Shown here: positions 25,401 to 37,080 of the stretch, in pieces
Layout of the letters: every line of letters starts with the position of its first letter
Position numbering within the stretch: the stretch's first letter is position 1
Assembly (NCBI RefSeq): GCF_040938485.1
Contig: NW_027271522.1
Location: 744,001 to 808,000, forward strand
DNA: 64,000 nucleotides
From: Diadema antillarum
Lineage: Eukaryota
Direction of reading: 5' to 3'
Program-made: the position numbers and the translations under genes
Notes under the pieces: generated by a model
The model's input: only the letters and a program-made list of their open reading frames with translations
Databases searched by the model: none
What the model was told of the DNA's origin: nothing

Positions 25401-26536
25401 CAGTACTGTAACAATACGCTACAGCCCCTGTATTAAACGTTAGATTAAATAATTTCAAGTAACTGTTAGGCCTAACGTTACTTTTGTAAATGTTAATCGA
25501 AATCAGACATAAGGAAACATTAAATAGCAAGATAAACGTTAGTACTCAATATAGCCCTTTACTTAGGAATGAATGGCATAGGCCTACTTCCGCATAGCAT
25601 GGTCAAATGTAGTGTACACGTGTGAATATAACATTAGTACAATGTAACGTTTATTAACCAAAGAACATTGCATCAACATACATACAGTACATACACGCAA
25701 GACTGACGTGCCGGGCCGCGCCAGCATCCAGGAAGCTCGATATATCGTTAGTGCGATACTAGTATGGGATCGGATCATGACGTGTATCGGCACACGTGTA
25801 GCTAAAGTTAGCTACCTAATAAAAAATGATAGCACATGCGAAGAACACGCCCACAAGCAAAAGCTGGCAAATTCGCTTACAAGGAGATCGCTAACTTCAG
25901 TTTCGGAATACGCGCTTGTATGCCTTGCTTCAAAGCGACTTTTTTTGAGCGATAATATCCAAATAGTCGCAGGTATATCAACAGTTCCCGAAATCGGATG
26001 CATATCAAATTTTCATGATCGATGGGATACAAGATGTTAAGTATTTCGTTTGATTTTGATGAAAATTGGTAATACGGAATTTGAGAAATCAACTTTGTTA
26101 AATAGGATCTTAAGCGCAAGTCTTGGCTGGGAGTTAAATTTTACTTGTTCGACATAGCACCGGCTCCACTTATTCCCTGAACATGCCGTCGCATCACGTT
26201 GGCGACTTCCAGCACAGCAGTACTGAGGCAAACCTTCTCGAAGTCTCTATGTCGTGTTATGCATTTAACTGAGGAGAAGTCCGTAATGTTTGCAAAATGT
26301 ACTTCTTTACAACAGATATTTTCTCTCTCACTCGGCATTGCAAAGCAGTGCGAGCAACTGCACCACACATCCACAGCCTGCGTTAAACGGGACGGTGGAG
26401 CTTTTGAGTTGCGAACGAACAGGTCGGGACCAGCAACGGCCTGGTTACAGGGAAAGTCACGGATATCCTTATCGCGGTCGTTCTTCCTGTGCCAGATTTG
26501 CCGTCGGGTTGGCTGAAAATCATAAGGAAGGGCCAT
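21856..26536 (-). CDS. KolX / P2X7 C-terminal ballast-like Cys-rich protein, 191 aa, two exons
   Basis: Exons 26536-26145 (392 bp) and 22039-21856 (184 bp), phase-2 GT-AG intron, joined in frame. Motifs PYDFQP, WCSCSHC, ENICCKE, CITRHRDF, RYRFTSY..W.HGYLGKGKRRVIPAC.V.KIR..FP..YTGF. Confidence 0.9.
22700..25600. repeat. Palindrome-rich (CTAG/TCTAGA/AACGTT/TAGGCCTA) low-complexity intron of KolX
   Basis: Same word bias as 1718-5300, inside the single KolX intron. Confidence 0.65.
24890..25350. mobile_element. Fragmented copy of the 34-416 TTAA MITE family
   Basis: AAAGTTTATTTGATGAAATTCGG..GCCGAGATATCCAAAA and GCCATTTGAAAATCAGTTTTCAT match the internal arms of the 34-416 element. Confidence 0.55.
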
Positions 26537-27116
26537 TTGTATCTCGTCTAGTCGCCATAAAAAGTAAAATTTCTGGAGCTAGCCACACGTACACCTCGCG
26601 AGTTCGGTACATCACAGTGAACAGCTGTTCGCCTGTGTTGAGCCGCTCGATGCTGCCAGCGTTGATTCCTCTTACTGCATGCTCTACGAGAGCACGTACG
26701 GCTAACCATGCCAATTTAGTTTTACATATTTTCAGAAAATTGATTGTTTTCAGATCAAAGTAATTAATATTTGATATGATATGCTTCACATATCAATATG
26801 AATAGTTTCCGTAATTATTGTAAACTCATAAAATGCATATACGTATGACAATTTTATTTTGATACTGCATCATCAGTGCATGAATGTTTACTTCAGTAAA
26901 TTGACTTGTGTAGTATTTCTTGCGGAAAGCACAGTTGGCACCTGTGACGTATGCCAAATTGTGTGGATCGTTCCTGGGAATGCTCGTTTTCATTTTTTTC
27001 AAAAATCCATTACAGGCTTATCCTGGGTTTTAGAATCCTCTCTTTCCAGTTGTAGGCATCAAAAAAATGTAGATTAGAATTATCAGACAAGTAGAAAATG
27101 TCAGTACAGGTTTCTT

Positions 27117-27480
27117 TTAAAAGAAAACGAATTGTTTGAACTGTCTTTCGAATCACTTCTCAACCACCCAGATGACGCCGGCAGTATGTTGAAACTTATC
27201 GATGCCTCGAGATACTTTTTTTTTCAGTAAAATATGACACTGCATAATATGATGAAGGCCCTCTTATGTTTTTGCAAAATACAACTTGATTCTTCAACAA
27301 AATATCATCATCCAAAAATATTCCACAATTGGGAAGTATATTTTTCTAATATTTTAGATAAAGTAGGCAATAACGACTTCGAAAAACAAGAAGTTCTGAT
27401 TCTGTTTATAACACTGTTAATGGAACATAATATCTAACAATGTCACAATTTTATTCATAGAAATATCATAACCTACATTT
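27117..27480 (-). mobile_element. Decayed CR1/L2-like LINE RT fragment (N-terminal part, continuous with 421-849)
   Basis: Minus strand SLLPTLSKILEK at about 27341-27376 and WLRS at about 27155-27167. Confidence 0.75.
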
Positions 27481-28027
27481 ACATCTCGCCGAATGTATAT
27501 TCAAGACGAATAACTTTTCATTAAGGACTCTTGACATCGGGTTAGGTTTTGAGGTGTGACCTTACGCTTTCTAACTTCAGTCAACCACGATAATCAACTC
27601 ATCGTGCTGTGAATTTAAGTCGACCGTATATGAGAGCTTTAGTCCTCGATGGTCAGAGAGAAGTGCAAATGTTTGCACAGTGCATTTTGTATGATGGTTT
27701 GAGGGGAATTCACATGGATCTAGCAATACTCAGTCATCGTCGAGGATTCAGCTAGATTCGATTGCCTTTCGTGGTTCCCACCCACCAGTGAATCCTCTTG
27801 AGCCGCACTGTGTTACATCATTACCACATTGATTCACCGCTTTCGTGACTGGATTTGAAACGAACCCTTGGTTATTTCATTTTCTGATAAACAAATCCTT
27901 GGAATAGCGATGCTTTGAAATAACTTCACAAATGTTCGGATTAACGAAACTTTTTCCCCTTCACTGATTAACGAACATCTAGGTATAGGAAATTGGTGTG
28001 TTTCGAAATGACAAAACTTCAGGTTAG

Positions 28028-28387
28028 AGGGATGGTATAGGTTTGCTTGAGATGGGGTTTCATGTTGCCAGCTTTTTTTGTGAGATAATGAGAAACTTCT
28101 TTTCAAATATGAAAGAGTATATAATTCTAAGAGGGATTCAGAGGTTATTTGATGAAAATTGGTATTGAAATGGCTGAGATATGTAAAAAAAGTGATGATA
28201 GAATAATAAAAGGTGGGATCCACCTGAGGTAATTCAGCTGTTTCAAAACGGTTTTCTTCAAAGAAAAAAAAACAAGTTTGAATGCCACTCAGAATATATG
28301 CTCTTTCATATTTCATGAGTGGCTTCTAATTATTTCGCACGAAGTAAAAAGCTGAATCTGCATCACAACCAAAACTATACAAGCCCT
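28028..28387. mobile_element. Degenerate copy of the TTAA foldback MITE
   Basis: AGGGATGGTATAGG ... ACCAAAACTATACAAGCCCT; flanks have decayed to TTAG and GTAG. Confidence 0.7.
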
Positions 28388-28486
28388 GTAGGGAACCATA
28401 TTTCATTTATGGATTAACAAACCTTCAGAATAACGAACATCACCCGTGGATTGAGAGGGGTAAGAAACAATTCTCAAGAAGCTTAC

Positions 28487-31400
28487 TTGTGTCGTCGCAC
28501 ACCACTCCTGCATCTTCCTTATGGGAACAGTCGTGGATGCCCCACGACTTTTCTACTGGACATTCTCTCAGAAGTCTCTGTTGTGAGGCACATGCAACTT
28601 CATCAAGCAGAATCGGGCCTGTTCCTTGACCGAAAGGTGGTTCAAAGTAAGATGGAAAAGGGTTTGTACGAGCTTCTAACGCGCCGGGATAACCCAGCTC
28701 TCGGCATGCGACCCGAGCGTCGTAGATATCCCAGCCGTCATCACACACAGTTCCCCATTCTCCAGACTCGCTGAGAACTTCTATGCGTCCCTCAGAAGGT
28801 GTCGAACCGTTGACCAGCCGAAGGCTTCCTAGTGATAACATTGGGGAAAACGCCAAGTTACTGGTGAAGAACTTGCACGTGACGGATGATCATTATATTG
28901 TTGGAGCCTTGGTATTAGTGATTATTGTGAGTACCGGATCGTATACTGTATCTTCTGATATCTACAGATTCACAAGTTACTGGCGTGAGGAATTGACTTA
29001 ACAAAACAAGCATGAGGTTACAACATATAGGGCCTAACTTACCTTTAATAATATCACATCCCACTGATATCTGAAGCATCAGGAACACCATGTATAGATT
29101 TGTATTTATAACCTTATACCCTATTGATATCTGCATAATTCAGAAGTCACATAGGTTTATGAGAGTCACAAGACTCGTTTACATCTTTACTTTTGTGGAG
29201 TTATCAGTTTTACTTGTGCACACACATCGAAGCATGCTAAAATAAGCAAATTTGTGCCCAGCATCATGCCTCACAAGTGGATAGGGGTAAATAAAATTCT
29301 CACAGCGAATGGTTTCTGCTGCTCATGCATATCATTATGAGTTCATAAACTTATGAAGATGTGAATCAATAAGAAGATGTACTGAAGAGAGGATTGAGAC
29401 ACCATTGGCACTTTACCTTCAGTTGTGCACGTTACGGCTGCAATTTTTGATTCGTGACAATCCTTGACGCCTATACCGGCATGCTGACAAGTTGATATGT
29501 TTGATTCAAGACCATTACATTGTACTTTATCCAGGAGTACGGGGTTATTTCCTCGCCCAAATGGCGAAGCTACTAGAGCCAGGTCCGCCCCGATGTAGCC
29601 GAGCTGTTTGCAGACAACCTCGGCATCATCGGGTCCCCACAGGTTGTCACATATCGCGCCCCAAGTATCGTCAAGGAAGACTTCAACACGACCCTCAGAG
29701 TCAACTCTGCCGTCGACTAGTCGAACCGACCAGGGAACTGCAATTCAGTGAAAGAGAGAAAAGACATGAATTGTGAATTATGACGACCATAATCAGACTA
29801 TCAATTTCAGAGTATAAGCATAGTTCTTTTTTTTTAATTCATCGCCATGTAATGAACGACACAGATTTGAGTTTCTCTAGCAAGCATTAATATTCCTGTG
29901 TGCATGTAAGCTATTTTTTTTCAGCAACATTCATACCGTACACTTCAGTGGTGGTCAAACTGTTGTCTCGAACTTTTTGTGTGTGTGTTTGTTCGCTTTT
30001 TTAAGCGAAAGCGGTGATAGACTATAAAATAAAATCACAAAACACCCATAAACAAAATAGGGAATACAATCACGTGAATGAACTGAACCACCCACCCGAA
30101 CTGCTGGTTTAAGAAAAGCTTTGTTATAGGCAATACCATGTGACTGAAATCCAAGTGCCTATAGGTGAGATCATATCTCTTTTGTATTGTTAACGTTCTA
30201 GTGATCATCCTAAGAATTTCACTCTTCTAGAATTGTCTCGCGATCCTATATGGGAAATCTACCAAAATCTTGCATTTTTACATTGTTTTTGCGACGTCCG
30301 TAATTCTTAAAAAAAGGTCTTACGAAATGGTCTGAATCGTTCTTGCGGCGTTCGTATCATGTTCATAAAAGCTTGACTGTTATTCATATTTTTCACTGTA
30401 TCAGCCCCTATTTAGAGTTGTTACTGGAATCCTACTGCAACTTTACACCGTAGACCCGACTTTTTGTGCACTCTTGCCCTGAAGAGTCATCTTTACTTTG
30501 CGCTAGCATTATTCTGAAGTAGCTATATTGTCGCTGAAGGGGGAGGGGGGGGGGGGGGGGTGGGGTCACGGTTGAAAGACTGAAGGTTACGGTGATACAA
30601 AATGTACACGTCATCAAAATAATGATTCGGAGGATGAATATGAAGCGAAGCGGATGTACTGTAATGTCATTCTGCTGGTTTGATTGCCAAATGTTCACAA
30701 CTTATTGTAATTTTCGAAACATCATTCTGCGTTTATTCAACCTTAATCACATGTTCACGTTGCGTAGATGTCTTAATACAATACATGGAAAGAAAAACGT
30801 AGGCATTCAATATCTCTTTTAGCTAAGGATTTTTTTTCCATAGAACGGCAAGACAATAAAGGTGTGTTCTCCTTTTTTTCTTTTCTTTTTTGTTTACTTT
30901 GTGATTTGTAATATATATTCATGTGTTAGCCCTACGAAAGAATACTGCAAGGCTTTACGGGTGTTAGCCACAATTGCAAACAGTTCGCTTGTACTTTGCG
31001 TCAGGTCGAACCCCTACATGTACGTCATGTACATGTATCATTATGCTTTATCAATAGAGGTTTACAATAATTATTCTTTAATATCCCATTATTAGAAGAG
31101 GACTGTGGACTGCAGGTCTTTCTAGTCGTTACATGGTATATGTCCATTTATTTATACATCAATCACTTTTCAGTCTCTCTGTGATGCGAGAGAAAGAAAG
31201 GCACAGGAGATAAGCAAACACGAGACCGGTCTAAACTGCTTACTCACTATATGACGTCGTATTATGAGTCAATATTCTGATATTTATATTGCCATTGAAG
31301 TCTTCAGTTCCTCGTACTGAAATTGCATTGCTCTGTCTTTCACCCTTAGGCTCTACAGGCACATACTGGCTACAAGTTGTATGACTGATAATTAACGAGG

Positions 31401-31498
31401 GGATATATATATATATATATATATACATCTATATGTAAAATTTATTATATACATGCATATACATGCATAGATATTTAATCAAATAGAAGTGTGTGTAT

Positions 31499-31536
<38 letters not shown>

Positions 31537-32358
31537 AATGTTAGGCCGCAACCACTCGCGCGTAGAACTAGTCAAAGTATGGACCTTATTATACATGTAG
31601 GTCCATGGTCAAAGTGAGACCTCTGCGAATAATGCTGTACACTATCACACAGATATAATACCCATGAATTTCAGCATACCATGCAGTCGTCGTGTAGACC
31701 TGCAGTGTAGTTAACATCCACTGCGTGATATAGACCAATACACAAGTTGTCTATCTACCGTCGTTTGATATATATTAATGTATGATGCGTTTTGGGACTC
31801 TACTCTCCACTTAGACGTACCAGTATTCACTTCACCCATTACAAGGGTTTGTCATTCCATTATAGCAAACGTTGAATTAAATAATCCTTTATTCCACACA
31901 ATATCTGGTGTAATGCACATGCAATGATATACTGATCCGGGGTACATCGTGAACAATAATGCTAAAGTTGAATGCAGGCAACAACAAATGTTTTTTACAT
32001 AGGACTGTGAATACTGCCATTCGACTCCCCCACAAAAGACGGTTAACGCTGTTGTATAACTTGACTTGTAGAGACATCTAAGTCAGGCATAATTTTACCG
32101 AATATATTATCATGAATGCATCAAGGACTGAAGATCATGGCTGCGAGAGGGTTCATCATGTTTGCTGGAAATTGAATACTTGTATTCACAAGTAACAAAA
32201 ATACACACACACACACATACATGCACATAAAGATAATCAACATGTTTATATCAACATACACTATCATAATGTGTGTGTGCCTGTGTGTATTACGTGAGTA
32301 TGTATTATGTGTTTATGTATATTGTATGCACTGTGTGCATTTGTGATTTGTCGTAAGG

Positions 32359-32408
<50 letters not shown>

Positions 32409-32708
32409 CATGTTCAGTAATTCGTAATCAGTGAGTTAGCCCAACAATATCAAAAGCAGGAGAACGCAAGAACTCCTCCGGAAAACTGATCATGATGTAC
32501 ACCGACAATAATAATTATTTCGAAAATAAACTGTTTTCAATCTAACAATTTCAATCAATCTGCAATCTAACTATTTTAATCCGATTTTTAATTTCAGTTT
32601 TATTCAACTATACTCACCCGTTGTGTTTTCAGCCTGACTTCCAATTACCTTTAAGCACAGCAGGTACATGGAGAAGTAAACCAAGAGCGAGGTCGTGTCA
32701 CTTGACAT
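28487..32708 (-). CDS. SRCR scavenger-receptor paralog B, 5' part (signal peptide + SRCR1 + SRCR2); 3' exons not in this window
   Basis: Exons 32708-32618 (MSSDTTSLLVYFSMYLLCLKVIGSQAENTT), 29737-29417 (VRLVDG..EGRVEVF..WGAICD..VVCKQLGY..) and 28828-28487 (LRLVNG..EGRIEV..WGTVCDDGW..CSHKEDAGVVC). All phase 1 with GT-AG and open. Exons and introns are homologous to gene A. Confidence 0.85.
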
Positions 32709-33854
32709 AGTTATTCCTGTCAGGATTTTCGTGCGAGGTAAAACGGCACTCTAGGTAGTGAGCAGCATCATACTCATTATGATAAAGATGGATCAGTATA
32801 TTCTAAACTCAGAACTAACACGACTGTGCTGTGCATGCATGCTCAGGGCCTCATGCCTCATATCCGAACAGCTTGTTTAGCAGTGCCGCCAGGCCTTGGT
32901 ATACCGAGTATGTGGAGAATGAGCGTGCGGTCTCTGCTGCTACTCCCCTATTCATTTTAAATACACAACCGCAAAAGAGCGAGTTGTAATCCCGATCATT
33001 GTTGCACCGGCGAGAGAGCGTGTCATATTTGTTAGGTTGCTTTTGTATTGTCCCCGTTCTATTTTGGCAGCGTTTCATTACGAGAGTGTGATCCGTACCT
33101 GTTACGAACCGTACGCTGTGTTAGCACATTGAACATCTGGCGTATGTCTTGCTCGTTATACATCGGTGGCGGAGTAAACTCCGATGTCGGGAGTATGTTT
33201 ACACACATTATTTTATTATAGTGAAGAGCTGTATAAAATACTATGTAGGCCCTAACTTTTGCTATTACTCTTGATGTGATATTGATAAATGAGAAGCATG
33301 AAAGTAATTACACTTGGACTTGAAGTGACCGTACATAATAGAATATTTTGATAAAGATAAATGCCAGTGGAGGGGAAGGTATTTGACTATGAGGTAATTT
33401 AATGGTACAGTGACGATATATCGTTTATCTTACGTTATGGGTATCCCTTTTTTGTGCGTGTGTGAAATCGCTGTGACATCATTTACGTCTTTTTTTATTG
33501 TCTTTCATTTTCTTCACATTTCTAAAAGAGGCAGGGTATATCGCAGAAGTAAAAAAAAAATAATTCACATGAAATTTTACATGATCATTTCGCATAGGCA
33601 TATCATTTATTCTATCCGATATAAGATGTTTTCGTTGATATCACTCGTTCCTGACGTCATCTGGGGTTCGATTCCCAGCGAATCCCATTCGTTAAATCTT
33701 TAGGTTTGTTTGTATGATTATCTATTTTTCAGCTTTTTTTTTTGTTTTCTTGGTGCATCAAGCTTACGATCGTTTGGTTTCTTCTGCTTTAATCCCCTTG
33801 TCAAGAGAACGATCATTACGCTTGTAAAACCGACACACACACATACACACACAT

Positions 33855-33889
<35 letters not shown>

Positions 33890-34584
33890 ATACACACATA
33901 TACAAGTCTGGGATACATATTATTATCATCGAAATGTTTTATTGACATAGAAAGCAAAAGCTGTCTAAGATGTCTATATTCGTCAAATGTTTGCTAATAG
34001 ACTGATTAATTATTAGACTGGTGTCTATTTAAAAAGTAAATGAAAAAGAAGTGCACACATTGATTTAACTTTCTACATTTCTACATTTTGCTCTATAGCT
34101 GTCCGGAGCATGCATTTCACCTGCTTCTGTCGCTTCTGTTATGGCTGCTGATATAGCTAGCTATCACATTACCAGTGACCCATCATGATGATACCTGCAC
34201 AGTGAGCGAGCTCCCGTGGATTTTAACTTCTTGGTCAAGAAGCATTTTCCCCAGGGTAGGGGGAGGGACGGGGTTCAATACAAGACAGTGAAATTTGATG
34301 ATACGAAAAATGTATCATACTTTTTCCATGTTTTCTTGCCAATATTGCTGTGTCGCCATAACATAACAAACTGTGAAAGTTAACACATTCGTATGTGCTG
34401 TTCGATTGTAAATGGACCTACTGTTCTCTTCATTTAACCTCACTTGCTATCAAAGTCATTCTGGTGGATAAGACCATTGTCCAATAATCACGAGGTCTTT
34501 AGTTCGAGTCTCATGGCAGCAGTGGTTGTACCCTGATTGGAACGAGATTTATCTTAAGTGCCCACTTGTTCGGATTTGGCCCTA

Positions 34585-35004
34585 CACACTAGGAAATATG
34601 GGTTCAAATATGAACCTCAAATTGTCGCTATACAACCACCCTATAGGGTGCAACTTTGCATACAAATAAGCAATTTGCACCCTTAGAAGTGCAATACGCT
34701 GAATTTTGAACCCAAAGGGGTGCGAATTTGCAACCTCAGTTTTGTGCTAATCAAGGGTGCAAACATGCACCATAAACATCAATACATTGTGAATTGAAAA
34801 TCTGGACCACAAGCACCAAGGTTGTACTTGTAAGATCAAAATTACACTCTGATGGATATGTCTGCATCTTTGTAGGTACGGATAAAAATGTTAAGAGATT
34901 TAATTTTCTACTTGCATGATAAAAGGTGCAATTGTGCACCCCAGGGTGCCACTATAGAGACAATATTAATAGGGTGCAAATTTGAACCTTTATTTTTTAG
35001 TGTG
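34585..35004. mobile_element. CAC-terminal MITE with TA flanks (EnSpm/CMC-like)
   Basis: TA|CACACTAGGAAATATGGGTTCAAAT ... ATTTGAACCTTTATTTTTTAGTGTG|TA, with internal GGGTGCAA/TTGCACCC repeats. Confidence 0.75.
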
Positions 35005-37080
35005 TATAGTCACTTATAGTTCCGTAGTTGCTTACTTTCAGAGCTTACAGACATATGTTGCTTCCTTTGCAGTCGTGTAAACCAAATCATTGTCTCAGTC
35101 ACCATAATGCATTAGGCAGTCCATGTTGGATATTTAATTTCATACCGATGTAGGTAAATTTACATCCATTTAGTGTTTTTTTAAACAGGAAATAAAACAA
35201 GATAATGTGAGGCCCTCTACAGGCATATATAAAGAGATTAGATCCTCTACACGGGCCACAGTAGAATAGTGAAAGAATCAGACTTTTAATCAAACACAAA
35301 ATCATTGATGTTGCGATCTCATGCATTCTCATAGACAGATGAGATAAATTCTGTTATGGAATTCCGTAAAATTACTACTTTATCAAATAGATATTCTAGG
35401 CAAACTACGCAATGCACATTCATTTAAACATGGTATTATTCAGTCTCAAAATGGAAATGTTTATTTATTATCATCTAAAATGTAGCATTCTTAATCATTA
35501 TCAATTAATTACTTTACGTGCACTAGACTCGATGGAAAAAAACATAGACTCACATGTATTCAAAACAGTTCTCTCTTTGAATCGGAGTTTCCTGATACGA
35601 TTGTATCGTTCTGTATGTATATCAAGTATTTCGGAGGTATATACAATGTAAGCTGGATTCTATTCCGCAGTTAGTGACATGTATTGAAATGCATGAACTG
35701 TGATGACATAATCATGTCTTGGTTAAGTAGTCGGTTCAGAAAAAAAATGGATACATGACATTTACTATGTCTACGAACGGGGGATATTGAGGACTCAAAA
35801 CAAAATACCCATTTTTAATGTCGTTTTTGTGTTTTTTATGTCGTTGCAGCGCCACGATTTCTCTTATTACCTTTTTTTTTTTCATTTTGGCTTTATTTAT
35901 TGCAGAACATGACATTCATTCAATAGCGATACAATAAGTATATGGTAAGATATGACATACACTAGGTGTAAGAACGGGAAACATGACGCCCACCATTAAA
36001 TTGCATTTCCTCATAATCATTTCTTAAGACTTTTGATTCATTGATATTATTTTCCATATAAACAAAACAACAACAACAACAACAACAACAACGACGGCTG
36101 GATAGCCCATATTCAGCGATTCTTTCATGGGTTACAGAAGGTATGAATTCTAAATACATCACAATATAATAACGATAATAATGATAATAATAATAACTGC
36201 GTTTATATGGCGCTATTTACTGATGTTTCTACGTGCAAAAAGACTATAAAAATAATATTAGGACGATACAAAAAAAAAATCAGTGTCTAATATGAAACTA
36301 TGCAATACATAAATTGGAAAAAGAAACAATAATCGCAAAATTAAATGGTACATGCAAATAACATAAATAAAAGATATAAGGGAAAGACAAGGAGAGAAAA
36401 TAACAAACCATATAGGCCTAGCTTAGATAATAATCTTGAAATTCACTTATGCTGGCTCTCAAGCCGAGCGTATGGAAAGCGTAATATAAACTTAGATATG
36501 TAATGAAATTGGTCTGACTTTTGTTTTGTTTTGGACTAAAAGTCATTCTTGCACTCTCGAGTATAAGGGTCCGCTAGGTGATATTGCTTAATACGGACTT
36601 GACCGCCGATAAAATGTCTTCATAACAATGAAGGGGACCGATTTCGAGGTCCTGACTACGTAAAGATGCTGGTTATCCTTTCATAATGCTAACAAGCTGC
36701 TGATGCCGCATTCTTTGTTTAGGTATGTGCACTGTTTGCAAACAAAAATGATCATGCATTTAACGGCTAACTTCATCATTCACAAATTTAAATCCTTGGA
36801 ACAGAGTCTGTATGCATGCGTATTAGAGTATGGGTGTGTGTGTGTACCTGTGGCTGTGGCTGTGTTTCGTGGGGATTTCAACTTTACATCTTATCCCCTT
36901 GAAAGATACGCTAAACTTGAAAATATAATGACTGTGTTTCGTTGCATTAGTAAACAAGCCATATGAAGTAGCGTCGTCATAAGTCTGATCATACAATCAT
37001 ATCCTTTGAGATGTTCAATTGACCGTTTCGAAACCGCACGTCGTTGTTACACTGGTATATTGTATTCGTCAGGAAAAAAA

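Larger units (their letters stand above)
854..27116 (+). mobile_element. Giant (26,263 bp) Kolobok-superfamily DNA transposon, two-gene type (THAP-transposase + KolX)
   Basis: TTAA at 850-853 and 27117-27120. Ends are AAGGGCATTGTACCGG and (rc) AAGAAACCTGTACTGA (RR...YY, degenerate TIR). A 14-bp subterminal inverted repeat GTCACAGGTGCCAA lies at 1029-1042 and 26935-26948. Encloses convergent transposase and KolX genes. The flanks rejoin into one continuous LINE RT frame. Confidence 0.88.

Noticed and set aside
26290-26763. 157-aa and 105-aa plus-strand ORFs over KolX exon 1
   Set aside because: Antisense shadows of a GC-rich exon and promoter region; no motifs.
27834-28316. 160-aa minus ORF
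   Set aside because: Runs through the degenerate TTAA MITE; the similar ORF at 2-283 comes from the same MITE family.
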